From NCBI GenBank assembly GCA_963775425.1, contig CAVZJB010000008.1, positions 288,001 to 352,000 on the forward strand: a stretch of DNA of 64,000 bases, given 5' to 3'. Position numbers and translations under genes: made by a program. Below are positions 29,903-44,346 of the stretch, in pieces. Within the stretch, counting starts at the first letter, position 1, and each line of letters opens with the position of its first letter. The notes beneath the pieces were generated by a model. That model made no database searches and had not been told where the DNA came from. It was given only the letters and a program-made list of their open reading frames with translations. Source of the DNA: an uncultured delta proteobacterium (GTDB lineage Bacteria > Myxococcota > UBA727 > VGSZ01).

Positions 29903-30469
29903 GTGCGCTCCCCGCAGACGCTGAGCGAAGCCGACCGGCGGATTGTCGCCGCGTGGGCGGCAGACTGCGCGGAGCGGGTGCTCGGCTGGTTCGAGGCGGA
30001 AGCTCCAGAGGACTCCCGACCGCGTGATGCCATCGCGCGGACGCGGGCGTTCGCGCGTGGCGAGCTCGGCGTCGCCGAGGAGATCCGCCGGCGCTTCGTC
30101 GGTGGCGGCGCCGCTCGCGACGTGAGCGCTTGCGCGGCGGCGGCGGCTCGCGCGGCGGGGCAAGCCTCGGCCGTCGCGCATATGGGCGCGCACGCGCTCG
30201 GCGCCGCCGCGCAAGCCGCGAAGGCGGCAGGGCTCGGCGCGCCCGATCGGCCGACGGCCATCAGCGAAGAGATTCGCTGGCAGCTCGATCACATGTCCGG
30301 GGCGGCCGCAGCCGCGCTGCGAACGCTGCCGCCGGTCGGTGAGAATTCGTCCGGCCCCCTCGGGCCAGGGCTCCTCGCCTCCGGTCTCCTCGGCGCGATC
30401 ATCCGTGAGATTCAGGCGAGCTTGGCGGACCCAGGCCACGTGCTCCCCGCCGCCTGGCGAACGCTGTGA
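29903..30469 (+). CDS. Imm5-like putative immunity protein
   Basis: WAADCAERVL..FE...PEDSRPRDAI...ARAAGQASAVAHMGAHALGAA..A..EEIRWQ signature. Confidence 0.75.
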   Translation: MRSPQTLSEADRRIVAAWAADCAERVLGWFEAEAPEDSRPRDAIARTRAFARGELGVAEEIRRRFVGGGAARDVSACAAAAARAAGQASAVAHMGAHALGAAAQAAKAAGLGAPDRPTAISEEIRWQLDHMSGAAAAALRTLPPVGENSSGPLGPGLLASGLLGAIIREIQASLADPGHVLPAAWRTL

Positions 30470-30542
30470 ATGCTCTGCGGCGTAGGGCGGGGGCATGTCC
30501 CCCGCATCGACGCAGCCCACGCCAGCGCGCGCTCGTCGATGG

Positions 30543-31199
30543 TCAGCGCTTGCGGGCCACGAGCACGCCTTCGCGCAACGGGACGCAGGCGACGTCGAGC
30601 TCGGGGTCCGCGGCGACGGCGCGGTTGAACCTGTCGACGGCGTCGCGCGCCGGGTCACCCTCCTGGTCGATCCACCAGGAGGCCCCGAGCACGTTGTCGG
30701 CCATCAACAGGCCGCCCTTTTTGAGCATCGGCTTGGCGATCTTCCAGTAGGCCTCGTACTCGCTCTTGATCGCGTCGAAGAAGAAGACGTCGACGCTGTT
30801 GTCGCCGAACTCGGCGGCGAGCTTGGGCATGACGTCGAGCGCGGCGCCGAGGCGGACGTCGACCTTGTCGGCCACGCCGGCCTTGTCGAATTGTGCGTGG
30901 GCGAAGTCGGCGTGGAGCTCCTTGAGCTCGACGGTCACCACGCGGCCGCCGTCCTTCAAGCCACGCGCGAGCCAGATGGTGGAGTAGCCGCCCAGGGTGC
31001 CGAGCTCGACGACGCGCTTGCCCTCCGTGGTCTTCACCATGAGGCTCAGCAGGTGGCCGACGTCGCTGCTCACGGCGATGTCGGGCAGGCCCGCCTGCAC
31101 CGCCTCCGCCATCAGGCCGGCGAGGTGCGCGTCCTGCTTGCCAAAGACCTCGCGCAGGTAGTTGCGGGTGTACTCGAAGCGCTCGCGGGTGAATTCCAT
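30543..31199 (-). CDS. O-methyltransferase (Methyltransf_3 / caffeoyl-CoA OMT-like)
   Basis: VVELGTLGGYSTIWLARG, FFDAIK, GGLLMADNVL. Confidence 0.9.
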   Translation of the reverse strand: MEFTRERFEYTRNYLREVFGKQDAHLAGLMAEAVQAGLPDIAVSSDVGHLLSLMVKTTEGKRVVELGTLGGYSTIWLARGLKDGGRVVTVELKELHADFAHAQFDKAGVADKVDVRLGAALDVMPKLAAEFGDNSVDVFFFDAIKSEYEAYWKIAKPMLKKGGLLMADNVLGASWWIDQEGDPARDAVDRFNRAVAADPELDVACVPLREGVLVARKR

Positions 31200-31208
31200 G
31201 CGCGCGGA

Positions 31209-31763
31209 CTAGTGCGCGGCCAGGAGCTTGTCGAGGAGGCGCCCCGCGTCTTTGTCGACGATGACATACGAACGGGCGGTGTCGCTCACGAGCTTCTCGC
31301 CGTTGGCGTGGTCGAGGAAGGCCACGAGGTGATCCCAGTAGCCGTCGACGTCGAGGAGCCCCACGGGCTTGTTGTGCGTACCGATCATGCGCCACGTGAG
31401 CGCTTCGAACAGCTCATCGAGCGTGCCGAAGCCGCCGGGCAGCGCGACGAACGCGTCGGCGTATGCGGTCATCACGGCTTTGCGCGTATGCATGTCGGGC
31501 ACGCGCAGCAGTTGCGTGAGCCCCTTGTGCGTGGGCTCGATGCCGTAGGGGTTGTTGGCGAGCACGTCGGGGAGCACGCCGATGACCTCGCCGCCCGCCT
31601 CGAGGCAACCGTCGGCGACGGCGCCCATGAGACCGGTCTTACAGCCGCCGTAGACGACGCCGACGCCGGCGGCGGCCAAGCGCGCGCCGAACGCCCGCGC
31701 GGCGCCGAGGTACTTGTCGTCGACGTGGGGCGAGGCACCGCAATAGACAGCGAGACGCGACAT
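31209..31763 (-). CDS. LOG-family nucleotide phosphoribohydrolase (TIGR00730)
   Basis: VYCGAS, VYGG..GLMGAVA, MHTRK, PGGFGTLDELFE; TGATG overlap with the upstream gene. Confidence 0.92.
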   Translation of the reverse strand: MSRLAVYCGASPHVDDKYLGAARAFGARLAAAGVGVVYGGCKTGLMGAVADGCLEAGGEVIGVLPDVLANNPYGIEPTHKGLTQLLRVPDMHTRKAVMTAYADAFVALPGGFGTLDELFEALTWRMIGTHNKPVGLLDVDGYWDHLVAFLDHANGEKLVSDTARSYVIVDKDAGRLLDKLLAAH

Positions 31764-32320
31764 CAGCGCACCTTCATCAGGCGATCGCCCTCGACCGCGG
31801 CGAATTTGTCGACGGTGCGGAGCTTGTCGATGGCGGCCTTCTGGTCGGCGGACGTGCGGCTCGCGGGCGCGAGCGTGACGAGCACCCAGCGCACCGCGGT
31901 GCGCCGCACCTTGACCACCTTCACGCCGAGGGTCTTTTCCACGAGCGCCTTGACGTCGTCCGGCCCCGTGGTCCTGTCCTTCGGCTTGATGAGCAGGCGA
32001 TCGAACACCGACGCCTTGCCGGCCTCGGCGGTGTGCGCGCTCGTGGCGCCGCCTCCGCCGTCGTCGCCCGCCGCAGCGGCGCCCGCGTCCGTCGCGCCGT
32101 CGCGCGGGGGCTCGTCCGCCGCCGGCGCGGCGCCCGCGTCCGTTTCTTCGTGGCGCGGGGGCACGTCCCCCGCCGGCGCGCCGGCGTCGTCGTCGGTCGT
32201 CGTGGCGGCGCCGGCGTCGGCGGACGCCAGCGCGCCGTGGCCGGCGTCGACGGCGGGCTCGGTCTTGCAGGCCAAGAGGCTGAGCGCGCCGGCCGCGGCG
32301 AGGAGGTGCAGTCTCGTCAT
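31763..32320 (-). CDS. Lipoprotein with low-complexity linker and C-terminal subtilase-propeptide (I9/S8-pro)-like domain
   Basis: Lipobox LLAC; DAGA repeats; DRLLIKPK...VRR.....VTL...AIDKLRT..KFAAVEGDRLM pattern. Confidence 0.6.
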   Translation of the reverse strand: MTRLHLLAAAGALSLLACKTEPAVDAGHGALASADAGAATTTDDDAGAPAGDVPPRHEETDAGAAPAADEPPRDGATDAGAAAAGDDGGGGATSAHTAEAGKASVFDRLLIKPKDRTTGPDDVKALVEKTLGVKVVKVRRTAVRWVLVTLAPASRTSADQKAAIDKLRTVDKFAAVEGDRLMKVR

Positions 32321-32407
32321 GGGCACGAGGGTGGACCAAACACCCGCCGAAGCTCAAGGCGCGCGAACGGGTTTGCCTTTCTCGACGCGGCGAACCACGA
32401 CGGGTGG

Positions 32408-34102
32408 ATGGCCTCCTCCGGGCGCCGCCTGCCGCCGATCGCCACGCACCGCCTGCGCGCCGTCGCCGCCGCGCTCGAGCACCCGCGCGTGCACGCCCTC
32501 GTCGCCGCGCCGCTGCGCCTCGCCCGCCGGCGCGCGGCCGCCGGCGACGTCGCCTTTCCGGCGCCGCCGCCGCTGCCGCCCGCGCCCGCCGGCGCCGGCG
32601 ACGGCGACGACGACGGCAGCGCGGCGCGGCTCCTGCGCGCGCCGCCGCCGCAGCTCCGCACCGACGGCGGCCTCCCCTCCGGCGTCGACTTCGCCGCCGC
32701 CTACGCCGCCGGCCGCGCGAGCCCCGTCGACGTCGCCGAGGCGTTCCTCGCCGCCGTCGAGGACAGCGAGCGCGGCGATCCGCCCATGCGCTTCTTCATC
32801 TCCCTCGACGCCGGCGATGTGCGCGCGCAGGCCGCGGCGTCGGCGCAGCGGCACCGCGAGGGCCGCCCGCTGTCGCTCCTCGACGGCGTGCCCGTCGCGG
32901 TGAAGGACGAGATCGATCAGCGCGGCTACGTCACCACGCTCGGCACCCGGTTGCCCGGGCTGCGCCGCGCGAGCCGCGACTGCGTGGCGGTCGGGCGCCT
33001 GCGCGCGCAAGGCGCGCTCCTCGTCGGCAAGGCGAACATGCACGTGCTCGGCGCCGGGCCGCAGGGTGGAAACGCGGACTTCGGCACCGCGCGCAACCCG
33101 TGGAACCCCGCGCACTTCCCCGGCGGCTCGTCGAGCGGCTCGGCGGCGCTCGTCGCGGCGGGCCTCGTGCCGCTCGCCGTCGGCTGCGACGGTGGCGGCT
33201 CCATTCGCATCCCGGCGTCGTTCTGCGGTGACGTCGGGCTCAAGCCGACGTTCGCGCGCATCCCCAAGGCCGGCGAGACCCCGCCCATCGCCCACAGCGT
33301 CACGCACATCGGGCCCATCGGCCGCACCGTCCACGACGTGGCGCTCGGCCTCGCCGCTATGGCCGGCGCGCTCGCGCCGGGTGAGGCCGCCGGCCTCGTC
33401 GACGGGGACGTGGCCGGTGTCGCGGCGCCGCCGCCGTCGCTGGACGGCTGGGATTGGGAGGACCTCGCCGGGCTCACGGTCGGCGTCGTCGAGGCGTGGT
33501 GGGCGGACGCCACCCGCGAGGTCGCGCGGGCGTGCGAGCGCACGCTGGGCGCGCTCGAGGCGCGAGGCGCGCGCGTCGTCGACGTCGAGGTCGAAGGCCT
33601 CGACGAGGTGCGCGACGTCCTCGTGGCCACCATCGGCGCCGAGGTGCAGCACAACGCGTGGTTCCTCGACGCGGCGGCGCGCCGCACGCTCCCGCCCGAC
33701 GTGCGCATCGGGCTCGCGGTCGCTCGCCACATCGGCCGGAGCGAGTACGCCGCCGCGCAGCGCGTACGCGCGGGCATGGCGGCGTCGATGTGGCGCTTGC
33801 TCGAGCGCGTCGACGTGCTCGTGTCGCCGTCGACGGTGCGCACCGCGCCGCCGGTGCCGCGGGACGACGTCGCCGACGTCGCGCAGACCGTGGAGCTCAT
33901 GCGCACCACCGCGCTCGCCAACCTCACCGGGCAGCCGGCCATCTCGGTGCCCGCCGGCTTCGACAAGGACGGGCTGCCCATCGGCTTCCAGGCGATGGCG
34001 CGCCCCTGGGATGAGGCCGTGCTCCTGCGCGTCGCCCGCGCGGTCGAGCGCCCCGTCGAGCGAGCCCCGCCGCGCTCGTGGCGCGTGCTGCCCTCGAGCT
34101 AG
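32408..34102 (+). CDS. Amidase-signature enzyme (FAAH-like)
   Basis: DGVPVAVKD, PGGSSSGSAA, GCDGGGSIRIPAS (Lys-Ser-Ser triad), GLPIGFQ. Confidence 0.92.
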   Translation: MASSGRRLPPIATHRLRAVAAALEHPRVHALVAAPLRLARRRAAAGDVAFPAPPPLPPAPAGAGDGDDDGSAARLLRAPPPQLRTDGGLPSGVDFAAAYAAGRASPVDVAEAFLAAVEDSERGDPPMRFFISLDAGDVRAQAAASAQRHREGRPLSLLDGVPVAVKDEIDQRGYVTTLGTRLPGLRRASRDCVAVGRLRAQGALLVGKANMHVLGAGPQGGNADFGTARNPWNPAHFPGGSSSGSAALVAAGLVPLAVGCDGGGSIRIPASFCGDVGLKPTFARIPKAGETPPIAHSVTHIGPIGRTVHDVALGLAAMAGALAPGEAAGLVDGDVAGVAAPPPSLDGWDWEDLAGLTVGVVEAWWADATREVARACERTLGALEARGARVVDVEVEGLDEVRDVLVATIGAEVQHNAWFLDAAARRTLPPDVRIGLAVARHIGRSEYAAAQRVRAGMAASMWRLLERVDVLVSPSTVRTAPPVPRDDVADVAQTVELMRTTALANLTGQPAISVPAGFDKDGLPIGFQAMARPWDEAVLLRVARAVERPVERAPPRSWRVLPSS

Positions 34103-34163
34103 GGCGGGCTCGTCCCCCGCGTCGAGGTCGATGGCCGGCACGATCGCCGCGCGGAGTCGCCGC

Positions 34164-36263
34164 TCAGCTCCGCCGCTCGAGGGAAGGCCGCACGAAGCGC
34201 TCCCAGAACGCCGCCAGCGCCGGCCGCGCGCCGATGCGGGTGAGCGGCGGCAGGGTCTCGAGGAAGACACGGCCGTAGCGCTTCTTGCGCAGGCGTCCGT
34301 CGAGGACGGCGACGATGCCGGCGTCGTCGACGTCGCGCAAAAGCCTCCCCGCGCCCTGCTTGAGCGAGAGCGCCGCCTCCGGGAGCGCGATGTCGTTGAA
34401 GGGATCCCCGCCTCGCTGCCGGCACAGGTCCGCGCGCGCGCGCCGCAGCGGATCCGTGGGCACGTCGAAGGGCAACCGGTCCATCACCACGAGGCGCAGC
34501 GCGCGGCCGCGCACGTCGACGCCCTCCCAGAACGAGCGCGTCGCACACAACAAGGCGCCGGTCTCGCCGTCGTGCGCGCGCAGCTCGTCGAGGAGCTTCT
34601 TCTTTTGCATCTGCCCTTGCTTCAGCACGGGCACGCCGAGCGCCGCCGCCGCGGGCAAGAGGGCCGCGTGCGCCTCGTCGAGCGCGGCGTTGCTCGTGAA
34701 CAAGAAGAGCGCGCCGCCGCGGGTGGTCTCGAGGAGGAAGCGCATCTCGTCGAGCAGCGCCTCGCCGTACTTCGCGTGGTTCGGCTCCGGCATCTCCTTC
34801 GGGCAATAGAGCGCCGCGCGCCTGGCGAAGTCGAAGGGCGAGGGGAGCACGGCGCTCCTGGTGCCGGCCGCGGCCCCGATGCGCGCGAGGAAGGGCGCGA
34901 CGTCGCCGGCCACGGCCAGCGTGGCGCTCGTCATCACCACCGGCTGCTCCATGCGAAACAGCGACGACGACAGCGCCGCCGCCACGTCCACGGGCGCCGC
35001 CGTCACCACCGCGCCGCGCCGCGTGGGCTCGCTCACCACGACGTAGCGCGGGTCCTCGAGCGCCTTGTGCAGCACGAACTCGATCTCGCCGCGCGCGGTG
35101 TAGGCCCGCTCGAGGAGCCGCAGCCGCTCCGCCATGCGCGTGGCCGCGTCGGGCCCGCCCGCGAGGTTCTCGTCGGGCAGCGCGTCGAGCACGCCGTGCA
35201 GCGACGCGAGCGCCTCCGCCGCGCCGTCGATGAGCGACCGCGCCGACGACGGCAACACCAGGCGCGCCCGCTCGCGCTCCCGCGACGGCACCGACGCCAT
35301 CAACCGCTCGACGCGCTCCTCGGCGCCGATCATCGCGTCGAGCACCGCGGCGCGGTTGTCGCCGCCGAGGCCGTCGGCGTGCTTGCGCACGTCGCCAAAC
35401 AGACGCATCAGCGACGCGCTCCCCACCGAGACGCCGAAGTAGTCGCTCGCCACCTCGGGAAGCGCGTGGGCCTCGTCGATGACGTACGCGTCGACGTCGG
35501 GGAGCACGTGGGCCAGCGCGCCGGCCCAGGTGCTCTCCCCGCTCTCGCCGTCGGAGGATGCGTCGCCCACCGGTGTGGCCGCGAGGCGCAGCCGCATGTC
35601 CGCGCACAGCAGGTGGTGGTTGGCGATGACGAGGCGCGCGCCCTCGGCCCTTCGCTTCATCTGCACCACGAAGCACTTCTCGTAGTGCATGCACCGCGTG
35701 CCGATGCACGTCTCGCTGCCGCAGTCGAAATCGCTCCAGGCGACATAGGGATCGGGCAGGCCCTCGATCTCGGCGCGGTCGCCGGTCGTGGTGCGCTCGG
35801 CCCAGCGCTGGATCTGCACGAGCTCCTTCGCCTCCGCCGAAAACGCGAACGTCGGTTGCAGCGAGAAGCGCTCGAAGCGCAGCTTGCACAGATAGTTCTG
35901 CCGGCCCTTGACGAGGACGGCGTCGCGCTCGGGGTCGAGGCCGTCGTGGTCGCCGAGGAGGTCGGCGACGGCGGCGAGCGCGAGCGGGACGTCCTTGGTG
36001 TAGAGCTGGTCCTGGAGGGCCTTGGTCCCCGTGGTCACCACCACGCTCTTTTCGGCGAGCAGCGCGACGGCGAGGTACGCGAGCGACTTGCCCGTGCCGG
36101 TGCCGGCCTCCACGGCGAGGCGGCGGCCGCCGCCGCCGGTGAGCGCGTCGGCGACGGCGTGCGCCATGTCGATCTGCGCGGTGCGCGGCTTGTACCCGGT
36201 GAGCCGCTTGTGGAGCGGGCCGTCCGCGGCGAAGAACGCGTCGACGGCGCCGTGCAGCGTCAC
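34164..36263 (-). CDS. DinG/YoaA-family Fe-S ATP-dependent DNA helicase
   Basis: EAGTGTGKS, KGRQNYLC, Cys cluster ETCIGTRC..EKC, IDEAH, TSATL, SFWEGVDV, QGAGRLLR; GTG overlaps the upstream TGA. Confidence 0.93.
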   Translation of the reverse strand: MTLHGAVDAFFAADGPLHKRLTGYKPRTAQIDMAHAVADALTGGGGRRLAVEAGTGTGKSLAYLAVALLAEKSVVVTTGTKALQDQLYTKDVPLALAAVADLLGDHDGLDPERDAVLVKGRQNYLCKLRFERFSLQPTFAFSAEAKELVQIQRWAERTTTGDRAEIEGLPDPYVAWSDFDCGSETCIGTRCMHYEKCFVVQMKRRAEGARLVIANHHLLCADMRLRLAATPVGDASSDGESGESTWAGALAHVLPDVDAYVIDEAHALPEVASDYFGVSVGSASLMRLFGDVRKHADGLGGDNRAAVLDAMIGAEERVERLMASVPSRERERARLVLPSSARSLIDGAAEALASLHGVLDALPDENLAGGPDAATRMAERLRLLERAYTARGEIEFVLHKALEDPRYVVVSEPTRRGAVVTAAPVDVAAALSSSLFRMEQPVVMTSATLAVAGDVAPFLARIGAAAGTRSAVLPSPFDFARRAALYCPKEMPEPNHAKYGEALLDEMRFLLETTRGGALFLFTSNAALDEAHAALLPAAAALGVPVLKQGQMQKKKLLDELRAHDGETGALLCATRSFWEGVDVRGRALRLVVMDRLPFDVPTDPLRRARADLCRQRGGDPFNDIALPEAALSLKQGAGRLLRDVDDAGIVAVLDGRLRKKRYGRVFLETLPPLTRIGARPALAAFWERFVRPSLERRS

Positions 36264-37056
36264 CCGCGCTCGCCCCTCGCGATGCGGCGGCGCTTGACGA
36301 CGACGGCGACGGCGATGGCGGCGCCGAGGACGGCGATGCCCGCGCCGCTCGCGATCGGGACCACCCGCTGTCGCCGCGGCGCGAGCGCGAGCCCGCTCCG
36401 CTCGACGAGGGCGCGCAGGCCCTGCGGCGCGACGGGCTCTCCCTGCACGTGCTCCTCGACGTGCTCGCCCTGCTTGAAAGAAAAGCCCGCGAGCAGCGCC
36501 GTGAACGCGGCGTCGTCGGCGGTGTCGGCGCGCGGGCGCGTCAAGGTCACGTGCACGACCCCGTGCCGCCCGAGGATCGCGCGGTGGACGTTTTCGTCGC
36601 CGCCGTGGGCGACGCGCCACGAGAGCGTGTGCGCCGGGATGTCGTAGACCGGCCGCTCGCCGCCCCCCTCCCCGACGGGCGCGTCGGCAGGGGTGAAAGG
36701 GTCGTCCTTGTCGACGGTGACGAAGCCGAGCGGCGCGTACTCGAACAGCACCTTGCCGCCGCCCGGCAGCCCGACGAGCGCCACCTCGAGGCCGCTCTGC
36801 GGGTTGTGCGTGAGCGCCTCCCACGCCTTGGCGCCGTCTTTGCCGGTGGAGACGTCGCCCTCGGGCACCTCGAGCGTGGCGACGCCGAGGTCGGCGCTGA
36901 GCGGGCCCTCGCGCAGGCCGAGCTTCCGGTTTTGCGCGTCCTGCTCCGGCGGATGCGGCCCCGCCGCTCCCGCCGCCGCCGCGACGAGCAACGCGCCCAC
37001 GGCGGCCGCGCGCGCCACCGAGGCGCGCCCCACGACGAGAGGGTCGCCGCAGGGCA

Positions 37057-37057
<1 letters not shown>
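36260..37057 (-). CDS. DUF2167-like exported protein with C-terminal TM
   Basis: Signal peptide; GPLSADLGVATLEVPEG; VYD...HTLSW; ILGRHGV; FSFKQGE; C-terminal TM + RRR. Confidence 0.6.
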
Positions 37058-39165
<2,108 letters not shown>

Positions 39166-39231
39166 CTGCCTGGTTCTCCCACGCCGGCCCCGACGAAGGA
39201 AGCGCCCGCCCGGTCGGGACGCCGCAGGGTT

Positions 39232-39999
39232 CTACGGGTTGATCGGCTTGCAGATGTTGGTGCCCGCCTGGCAGCGGAAGCCCTGTTGGCAGCCGTCGTC
39301 GGGGGTGGACGTGTTGCAGCGGCTGCCTTCGTCGCCGGGGGCGCCGCAGCTCACGCCGGTGGTGAGGTCGCCCACGAAGCACTCGAAGCCCGAACCGCAG
39401 TTGACGCGGACGGGAGCGCACGCGTCGTCGCCGGGCGTGAAGCAGGGCTCCCCCCTCACCGGCGCCGCCACGCACGTCAGCCCGCACTGACCCGCCTGGC
39501 GACACGATTCGCCGGCGCCGCACCCGTTGATGCACTCGTTGACGACGCAGACATGGCCGCTGCGATCGGCGAGCGTGCCGCAGTTGACGCTCGCGCAGTC
39601 CGTCGGCGAGGTGCAGGCGGCGCCGAGCGTCCCCGCCGTGACGCACGTGGCGTCGGACGAGCACGCGAGGCCGGCGGCGCAGCCGTCGTCGGGCGGGTTC
39701 GGTCCGTCCACGGTGGGAAAGATGCACGGGCCGCCCAACGCCGACGGCGCGACGCACGCAAACGCGCCCGCGCCCTCCGTCGACGCCGCCGCGCACTCGA
39801 GCCCGCTGTCGCACGCGCGGCTGACGATATCGGAGCGGCAGGTCTCGCCGGCCTGCGCCGGCCCTTGTGGCCCTGCGTCGGCGGGCGGCGGCGGCGGCGG
39901 CTCCTCGGGCGGGGGGCAACCGGCGCTGAAGAGCAGGGCGAAGACCGCGGCGAACGCGGCGAGACGGGGAGCCACGACGCGATCGTACCGCGTTCGCAT
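39232..39999 (-). CDS. Cys-rich lipoprotein (Dickkopf/EB-like repeats)
   Basis: Lipobox FSAGC, poly-Pro, repeated GxxC..CxxGLxC units; start approximate. Confidence 0.75.
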   Translation of the reverse strand: MRTRYDRVVAPRLAAFAAVFALLFSAGCPPPEEPPPPPPADAGPQGPAQAGETCRSDIVSRACDSGLECAAASTEGAGAFACVAPSALGGPCIFPTVDGPNPPDDGCAAGLACSSDATCVTAGTLGAACTSPTDCASVNCGTLADRSGHVCVVNECINGCGAGESCRQAGQCGLTCVAAPVRGEPCFTPGDDACAPVRVNCGSGFECFVGDLTTGVSCGAPGDEGSRCNTSTPDDGCQQGFRCQAGTNICKPINP

Positions 40000-40036
40000 G
40001 GCGAATGAGCACGCCGGCGCGCGGCGCGGCGGTCCG

Positions 40037-42244
<2,208 letters not shown>

Positions 42245-42332
42245 TCGTCCTCGTCGCCGGAGGCCGGCGGGCATCATTGTCGACGCCGCCTCCACCCTTG
42301 GCAAGCGGCGGGCACCGATGCACGCTCGCTTG

Positions 42333-43694
42333 ATGACTCAGACTCCGCGCGGCGCCACGATCGTCGTCAAGTCGGGCGGCGGGCTTTCGCTCGAGCGCCC
42401 GACCTTCGAGCTCCTCGAGCAGACCGGCGGCAAGAAGCACCGCTTCGACGCCATCGCCGTGCGCATCGGCGCCGGCCGTGGCAACGACCTGCTGCTCGAC
42501 AACCTCACAGTGTCCTCGGTCCACGCCGAGATCCAGGCCACGCCGCGCGGCTTCAAGCTCGTCGATCTCGGCAGCACCAACGGCACCACGGTCAACGGCG
42601 TGCGCATCGTCGAGGCCTTCCTCGAGGACGGCTGCACCGTCGGCATCGGCGAGGTGATGCTGCAGTTCAAGCTCGGCAAGGAGAACGTCAGCCAGCCGAT
42701 GAGCGAGGCCACCGAGCTGCACGGCGCCGTCGGCGCGTCGCCCGCCATGCGCGCGATCTTCTCGCGCATCGACCGCGTCGCCAAGACCGACGCCACCGTG
42801 CTCATCCACGGCGAGACGGGCACCGGCAAGGAGGTCGTCGCCTGGTCCATCTACGAGGCGAGCAAGCGCAAGGACGGCCCCTTCGTCGTCGTCGACTGCG
42901 GCGGCATCGCCCCCACCCTCATCGAGAGCGAGCTGTTCGGCCATGAGAAGGGCGCCTACACCGGCGCCCACACGAGGCGCCTCGGCGCCTTCGAGCGCGC
43001 CCACGGCGGCACGCTCTTCCTCGACGAGCTCGGCGAGCTCGGCCTCGATCTGCAGCCCAAGCTGCTGCGGGCGCTCGAGCGCCGCGAGATCCAGCGGCTC
43101 GGCGGCGACAAGCCCATCGCCGTCGACGTCCGCATCGTCGCCGCCACCAACCGCGACCTGCGCGGCATGGTCGCGCGCGGCGAGTTCCGCGAGGACCTCT
43201 ACTACCGGCTCGCCGTCGTCACCCTCGAGATCCCGCCGCTGCGCGAGCGCAAGGAGGACATCGAGGTCCTCGTCGATCACTTCCTGAAGGGCCTCGGCCT
43301 CGATCGCAAAGCGCTGCCCGAGGGCGCCGTCGCGCGCTTCCTCGAGCACTCCTGGCCGGGCAACGCGCGGGAGCTGAAGAACGCCGTGGAGCGCGCGGTG
43401 GTGCTCGGCGAGACCAAGTTCCTCACGGGTCCCGGCGACGCGCCGAGGGCGAGCGGCGCCGCGCCGGCGGCCGAGGGCGCCACGGGGACCTACGTCGTCG
43501 ACGCGAGCGAGCTGTACAAGGACCAGAAGGCCAAGGTGGTCGCCGACTTCGAGGAGCGCTACGTGCGCCTGTTGATGAAGGAGCACGCGGGCAACGTCTC
43601 CGCCGCCGCCCGCGTCGCCGGGATCGACCGCATGAGCCTGCACAAGATCCTGGCCCGCTACGGCCTCGACGCCCGCGCGCTCGCCAAGACCTAG
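42333..43694 (+). CDS. FHA-domain sigma-54 enhancer-binding protein
   Basis: FHA ([14 protein letters not shown]), [47 protein letters not shown], Fis-type [11 protein letters not shown]; start 42318 or 42333. Confidence 0.93.
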   Translation: MTQTPRGATIVVKSGGGLSLERPTFELLEQTGGKKHRFDAIAVRIGAGRGNDLLLDNLTVSSVHAEIQATPRGFKLVDLGSTNGTTVNGVRIVEAFLEDGCTVGIGEVMLQFKLGKENVSQPMSEATELHGAVGASPAMRAIFSRIDRVAKTDATVLIHGETGTGKEVVAWSIYEASKRKDGPFVVVDCGGIAPTLIESELFGHEKGAYTGAHTRRLGAFERAHGGTLFLDELGELGLDLQPKLLRALERREIQRLGGDKPIAVDVRIVAATNRDLRGMVARGEFREDLYYRLAVVTLEIPPLRERKEDIEVLVDHFLKGLGLDRKALPEGAVARFLEHSWPGNARELKNAVERAVVLGETKFLTGPGDAPRASGAAPAAEGATGTYVVDASELYKDQKAKVVADFEERYVRLLMKEHAGNVSAAARVAGIDRMSLHKILARYGLDARALAKT

Positions 43695-43704
43695 GGCGAG
43701 CGGC

Positions 43705-44154
43705 TCAGGCCGGGACGAGCGCCCCAATCTCGCGCTCGTGGCCGGCGGTCCAGCGGCCGAACAGGGAGGCCTCGACAGCGAGGTGCTCCTGGATCTCGTC
43801 CAACAGGTGGCCCAGGCGCCGCATGATGGGGAGGTCCCCGTCGACGTCGCGGCAGGCGGCGCGCACCTCCTCGACGGCGGCGAAGAGCTTGCGCGCGTCC
43901 TCCGCGTGCGCCTGTCGCAGCGTGGCCGGGCAGGGGCTGCCCGCGTCGAACGACGGGAACAGCCGCATCTCTTGCAGCAGGTTGTGGGCGAAGAGGCGCT
44001 CGCCGAGGCGGTCGAGGCTGCGGCGGAGCCCGCGGATCGGGCCGCTCTGCAGGCGGTCGCGCACGACGCGGAGCTCGTCGTCGAAGGCGCGGTGGTAGCG
44101 CTCGGTGAGGAAGTCCGTGTCGACGTCTCGGCGGCGGCGGGGTTCGGGGATCAT
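43705..44154 (-). CDS. Hemerythrin-like (RIC/YtfE-type) domain protein, degenerate
   Basis: GAGGAG RBS; ERYH, AHNLLQEMRLFP, EHLAVEASLF resemble the HxxxE..LFP repeats. Confidence 0.6.
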   Translation of the reverse strand: MIPEPRRRRDVDTDFLTERYHRAFDDELRVVRDRLQSGPIRGLRRSLDRLGERLFAHNLLQEMRLFPSFDAGSPCPATLRQAHAEDARKLFAAVEEVRAACRDVDGDLPIMRRLGHLLDEIQEHLAVEASLFGRWTAGHEREIGALVPA

Positions 44155-44190
44155 CGGGCGCTCCTCGTCGGGGTCGGTGCCGCCTGCGCA

Positions 44191-44205
44191 TCGAAAACCG
44201 TGCCA
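44191..44205 (-). promoter_or_regulatory. Candidate sigma-54 (-24/-12) promoter
   Basis: Minus strand TGGCACG-GTTT-TCGA: perfect -24 box, imperfect -12 box (GA instead of GC); 36 nt upstream of the hemerythrin-like ATG. Confidence 0.45.
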
Positions 44206-44346
44206 GCCGGCCGGACGCGCCCGCTGGTGTCGAGCGCGGCTTCGGGCGGAGGCGGTGCGTGCGGGCCGGCACACACCGCCTGTGCAGTCTGACCCTGATC
44301 TTCGCGAGCGCCCGTCCTGGTCCCCGCGTCGCGGTAGCATCGCGCG

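Noticed and set aside
24793-30027. Very long antisense or alternate-frame ORFs (e.g. 24793-30027 +, 16193-19360 -, 47061-50411 +, 33066-36647 +)
   Set aside because: Shadow ORFs expected at this GC content: Arg/Ala/Gly-rich, without motifs, and overlapping well-supported genes.
42940-42970. GAYTGA instead of GAFTGA in the enhancer-binding protein
   Set aside because: A known natural variant; not evidence of novelty or inactivity.
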